Assembly: GCA_964016885.1 (NCBI GenBank)
Contig: OZ024747.1
Location: 46,252,001 to 46,316,000, forward strand
Direction: 5' to 3'
Length of the DNA stretch: 64,000 bases
Source of the DNA: Eledone cirrhosa
Taxonomy: Eukaryota
A model generated the notes under the pieces. That model searched no databases. It was not told the DNA's origin and saw nothing but the letters and a program-made list of their open reading frames with translations. Within the stretch, counting starts at the first letter, position 1; every line of letters begins with the position of its first letter. Positions 60,169 through 64,000 of the stretch are shown piece by piece. The translations under genes and the position numbers were made by a program.

Positions 60169-60240
<72 letters not shown>

Positions 60241-60244
60241 CATA

Positions 60245-60284
<40 letters not shown>

Positions 60285-60302
60285 TATATACATATATAAA
60301 AG

Positions 60303-60365
<63 letters not shown>

Positions 60366-60449
60366 TTATATATATATATATATATATACATATACATGTA
60401 TCTATATACACCACTAACTCCTACCACATTTACGTACGTGTGTTCTGTG

Positions 60450-60492
<43 letters not shown>

Positions 60493-60505
60493 TTCAGATA
60501 TATAA

Positions 60506-60538
<33 letters not shown>

Positions 60539-60805
60539 CTTCACTTTGCTATCTACTCTCCCCTGTTTATGTATTAGTTTTTTCTTTCACCTGTTAGTTT
60601 ACTTCAAGTCATTTGTTCGGTAATGTTTTAAATTCTCTCGTGTTTCTTTTGTTTCATTGAAAAACTGTCTTGTTTTATCGGCTATTTACTTACCAGCTCC
60701 TCTCTTCGATTCTTAAAGATTTTTCTTTTGCTTTCTAAATGTTTTCTTTGTACTAGCATCATATAAATAAATAAATAATTAAATATAAGTATGTATGTAT
60801 TGTGT

Positions 60806-60837
<32 letters not shown>

Positions 60838-61108
60838 TGTATGTATGTATGTATGTATGTATGTATGTATGTATGTATGTATGTATGTATATATGTATGT
60901 ATGTATGTATGTATATATGTATGTATGTATTAATGTATGTATGTATGTATGTATGTATATATGTATGTATGTATGTATGTATTAATGTATGTATGTATTA
61001 ATGTATGTATGTATGTATGTATGTATGTATTGTATGTATATATATGTATGTAATATATATATAGATAATTATATATATTGCAAACATACATATACAATAC
61101 ATACATAC

Positions 61109-61156
<48 letters not shown>

Positions 61157-62112
61157 GACATACGCACATACACACACATATATATATATATGTGTGTGTG
61201 TATGTGCGTGTATGTGTGTGTCTGCATGTGTGTCTGTGTGGTATGTGTACGTAGGTGCAACACACGTGTGTTTTGATTTATTTATAGATTTTTTCCCCCC
61301 TGTGTCACTGGCAAACCAGAATCTCGCTACCATTGTCTTCACCATCACTATAACTAGCATTGTCTTCACCTTTTCTATCAGTGTCCTAACCATCACCATC
61401 ATTATCATCATGTCCATCATCCCCCTACTCCATACCACCACCCTCATCACCTCCTCCTTACTTAGCTAGTGAGTAGTCTGATTTTACTCTCCGTTAATCA
61501 ATCAGTTTGTGAAAAAGAACTAATAACTGGACGTAGTATTTTCATTAACGTCATCAAATTATTTACACTAGACACAATCTTATATATATATATATATATA
61601 TATATACTCACATGTGTGTATGTATGTATGTTTGTATGTACATATGTGTGCATGTATGTATCTATTGTATATAAATATATTTATGCATACATATGTATAT
61701 ATACATCCATACACATATAAACATATGTACATAGCACACCCGTGTGTATGTATACATGCATCTGTGTAAGTGTATATGATTACATGTATGTATGTTAGTA
61801 TTTTATATATGTATGTCTCTACTTAATTATTTCAATTCTTCCTATAAGGAAAGAACTGTTTTTTCAACAAAGAACAAAGCTCCTTCTTTAGAATTTGAAT
61901 AAGAGAAACAATTTCACACATTGAGTCTTAAAGGTGTCTTGCGTATTTTTACTGTTTCGTTTACAGAGAGTTTTTCGGAAATATGCGTTATCTGGTCAAT
62001 GTCTTTGCTTGAAAATATTTGCCATTGGTCTGATATACATTTTGTAACCTTATCTTTATATCTCCCTCTTTGAGCCCTTGCTAGTAACTAAGGCATTATT
62101 ATTATTATTATA

Positions 62113-62490
62113 TGGTGAATTGGCAGTAATGACGGTGGATTGGCAGTATCGGTAGAGAGTCGGACACCATGCTTTGCAGCATAGAGTTACGGTCTTTTAC
62201 GGTCTGAGTTCAAATCCCGCCGAGGTTAACTTTGCTTACGGGGTCGATAAAATAAAGTACCAGTAATGCTGGCCTTGTGCCAAAAGTAGAAACAATTATT
62301 ATATGCTCTGTGGTATACAGTTACAGCCCTGTACATTCACAGTTCAAATCCCGCCGTTGTTAGTTTTGCCTTTGATCCTTACGGGATCGTTTAAATAAAG
62401 TACCAGTAACGCACGCGAGTCGATTTAATCGCATTTCCACTTTAATCTAAAATTCTAGCCTTGTACCAAAAAGTAGAAATAATAATTATT
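62113..62490 (+). mobile_element. Two SINE family A copies
   Basis: 62113-62300 and a degenerate copy at 62310-62490. Confidence 0.8.
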
Positions 62491-62494
62491 ATTA

Positions 62495-63295
62495 TAGACA
62501 TGTTCCATTCGTCAAACGATCCATCTAGAGCTACCATCCTCTGCGAGAGGAACTCAGCATACAGTGGCTACTAATGTGTAGACATGCCATGAGGCTGCAA
62601 CATTTGGAGAGATCCTTAGATGGTGAACACATACGGTTGGGATTCGTGAGGCATGCTTTTCTGCAACTGCTCTACTGGACCAAGTTGCAATTCTGGGTCA
62701 AGCAAAGTCCGAGATAGAACGTCTGGCATTTAGAATGTTGTTAGGCATTCACCGCTCTTTACAACTCTAGCAATGTGATTGGGTGGAGTTCCACTCTAGC
62801 AATATATATATAGATGAGTAATGATGGAGAAGAGCGACGACGCTCCCGGGGACGCTCTCGGCATCAATAAAGATGAACAGCCAGGCATGATTGGGAGAAC
62901 ATTCGTGTCGGAGACCACTATGGATAATATCCAAAAGTCGTTGGGCAGGCAGTGTTGCCTAGGGGCGCTGCTGGTACGAGATAAACGCAACAGACACAGT
63001 AGGGCTGCCAGCTGAAAGTGTCCTAAATTCCACGCAGAGCGACGAGACCATGGTGTTCCCTTCTCTTGCGTTACTGACTCGTGAAATGTCGAACAGTTGC
63101 TCTCATGTGTATGACGGACCCACCTATTGACCACACCACTGCCCTGCTTGAACAGTGAAAGGTAAGCAGTTATTCTCTGTATGGTGGCTATGAGAAAAGA
63201 GGACATATTGCGGACGAAGCTGAGAAAAATGACCACAGGCATTTTCCTCTTTGGTCAAGCTCTCATCAACTATTTAAAGTTCCACCGTAACGACG
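62495..63295 (+). pseudogene. Decayed L1/Tx1-type LINE ORF2 C-terminal region
   Basis: Manual translation: HVPFVKRSI..HPL..WLLMCRHAMRLQHL; QKSLGRQCCLGALLVRDK..CPK; AVILCMVAMRKEDI..GQALINYLKFH. Resembles the post-RT/zf-RVT region. Confidence 0.6.
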
Positions 63296-63727
63296 TTAAT
63301 TGACATTTGAGATTTGACACTTTCCCGGCTATTTTCCAAAGGAAAATGTTTTCAAACCAGAGTTACATCACCTCTATTACTTTTCCTCTTTTATATTTCT
63401 CATTTTTTTTCTCATGCTTTCCCACAAGACAATTTGCAAAACTCCGTTCAGTTATTTATTTGCACATTCGCCTGAAGATATGGCCAACAGATGTTGTTCG
63501 CACGTATGTTAGGCAAAGAAACCATTGACTGAAGGTGGATTATTGTGTGTGTGAATCATAATAGGGAGACCATATTAGCTCTATTTTCATATAAAGCGTT
63601 TTCTCTATCAAAGTTAGCAAATCTGCCGATATACGTACAGGAGAAATATTTAACCTAGAAATAAATTCTACAGGACTAGAACTGATTTCAAACGGATGAA
63701 ATATTGCCTGTAGAAATCCCGCCTCTC

Positions 63728-63771
<44 letters not shown>

Positions 63772-63843
63772 ATATATACATACATATATAATATGTATAT
63801 AATATATATATATATATATATAAAATATAATTTTCTGTTAATT

Positions 63844-63888
<45 letters not shown>

Positions 63889-63901
63889 GTTTCTGTTAAT
63901 T

Positions 63902-63975
<74 letters not shown>

Positions 63976-64000
63976 ATGTATGTATAATTAACAGAAACTT

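Overview
Eukaryotic, AT-rich, microsatellite-saturated non-genic or intronic DNA. It is most consistent with an octopus or other coleoid cephalopod (inferred from repeat content). No host gene is recognisable, and nearly all ORF-track entries are microsatellite artefacts. Coding-derived content is retrotransposon: a decayed RTE-BovB LINE with three C-terminal C2H2 fingers (8.2-12.0 kb), a near-intact C-terminal-GIY-YIG Penelope-like element (PLE, Hydra-clade-like, 42.1-45.9 kb, one +1 A frameshift), a decayed second PLE (4.4-5.7 kb), an R4/Dong-type endonuclease fragment and an L1/Tx1 fragment. There are also about 25 tRNA-head SINE copies, a hAT MITE, a non-autonomous Helitron and several minisatellites. 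The main hidden signal is RNA structure. At least seven different short non-coding element families sit inside (TA)n tracts and carry type-I hammerhead ribozyme (HHR) motifs. These include a retrozyme-like direct repeat with two HHRs exactly 840 nt apart (18.4-19.8 kb), a 342-bp palindrome with an HHR on each strand (28.6 kb), and core variants (U3-A8, U4A, 10.1/11.1 mismatch). Several families share an ACTC...GAGT 3' hairpin with the autonomous PLE. All structures were folded by eye and catalytic activity is untested.
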